Program-made: the position numbers and the translations under genes
DNA from: Nageia nagi
Taxonomy: Eukaryota > Plantae > Pinophyta
Reading direction: 5' to 3'
Assembly: GCA_050084985.1 (NCBI GenBank)
Contig: JBITNC010000001.1
Span: 558,001-622,000, forward strand
Length of the DNA stretch: 64,000 bases
In this document: positions 62,944 through 64,000 of the stretch, in pieces
How the letters are laid out: each line of letters starts with the position of its first letter
How positions within the stretch are numbered: position 1 is the stretch's first letter
The notes under the pieces: generated by a model
Database searches by the model: none
What the model was told of the DNA's origin: nothing
Seen by the model: the letters and a program-made list of their open reading frames with translations, nothing else

Positions 62944-64000
62944 GGATCGAGTTGCAAGCTTGGGCCCACCATTGGCCTAAATATTATTTTAGTTTTTTTT
63001 TTCAAGAAGTTTTATTTTTAGTAAGACATTTCAAAATATTATTTTATTCCCAAACTTGTGAAGGATGAGGATTTGCTCGCATAAGTTTGGAAGAGACTTT
63101 GTAATGCCAAGTGGCGTATTTCTGTTGGACCGCACTTCATTTCTTGATTAGGGTTAGGGCAACACTGTTGGTTGCCTCAAAACTATTTATACCCCATTCT
63201 GATTCATTTTCAAGGGGGATTAACAAGTTTACCAATTCAAAGAACTTTTTCTTGCAAGACCAAAATTTCTATAAATTCTTAAATTTGGTGTATGACAATG
63301 CAATTGTGATTTAGATGCTTACTCATGTTGGAATGGTGAATATGAATGAATGAGTGATAGTGCTATGTAGTTCATTCTGCCATTGCTTTGTGTTGATTCA
63401 ATTGCTTGGTGCATCTTGTAAATTTCCTTGAAGTGGACAAGAGAGTGCTTGTATATCTTATGAAGTGATTGATTGGCATCCAGTTGATGATATTTTACTA
63501 TTTGTATTTTAGGCTTGGATACCTTGGAATGTCTCACTAATGTCGCTCATCGTAGGAACTTCACCTAGGTCCTTCAGTCCTATCTCCATCCCACCATACT
63601 TCATCTCTACCATGGCTTCAGGCTCCATCCACTAGGCCACTCGTGTTGTTGGCTAGTGGAGCAGATAGAGAGTGCTTGGAACTTGCAACGAGATCTAGTG
63701 AGTCGACTGCTGAGAACATTGTCTCAAGCCTGTGAGTTTGCATGCCCACCATTGCATCTTACTACCCACAGTCTTTTCACCACTTTTCTTTGTTTTATTT
63801 TACACTCTTTTCCACAATTTTCGCACCCCAATTTCCCTTTTCAGCATTTTCAAAAACAACTTAGTCAAAACCCGAACATAGAACACATAGTCCCTTGAAT
63901 CCACACATGATATTCATGTTGGTGGCAGCTTAAACATCTCAACCATTCCTTGAGTTATCTTTGCTCAAGTCGTGAAGCTAACCTTTGGGGTAACTAGTCC

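Larger units (their letters stand above)
58040..64000 (+). mobile_element. Very large Gypsy LTR (>5.9 kb, runs off the window) containing an ORF
   Basis: Starts with the same TGTTGTGCCCTAC terminus as 43352. No PBS or LTR end was seen before the ORF. An LTR-type promoter (CTATTTATA...TCATTTT) follows the ORF at 63183-63210. Confidence 0.7.

Overview
AT-rich, CpG-depleted eukaryotic plant DNA made almost entirely of nested transposable elements. The large LTRs, Tat-type pol with protease-aRH-RT order and RTE/RTEX-like LINE relic point to a giant-genome plant such as a gymnosperm (inference). Only one plausible host gene is visible: a small PTM/DIR17-like Tudor-domain gene (28888-29430, minus strand). 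There are two full-length but decayed Copia elements (12320-20587, 20933-26411). A decayed Tat-type Gypsy (43352-~58000) is interrupted by a 3.8-kb solo LTR (TSD ACTTC) and by a strikingly young hAT DNA transposon (50672-54534). That hAT has perfect 11-bp TIRs, a perfect 8-bp TSD, CpG-rich ends and a 5-exon, 743-aa transposase with no disablement, so it may be active. Five related large Gypsy LTRs share a double-hairpin terminus. Several of them appear to carry extra promoter modules and ORFs inside U3, most clearly a ~1,140-codon decayed ORF inside the LTR that starts at 58040. Smaller items are two tRNA-type SINE copies, a 26-bp minisatellite with nested foldback palindromes, two G-patch relics, a 740-bp solo LTR, and LINE/Gypsy/Copia fragments. 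All alignments and identities were judged by eye.
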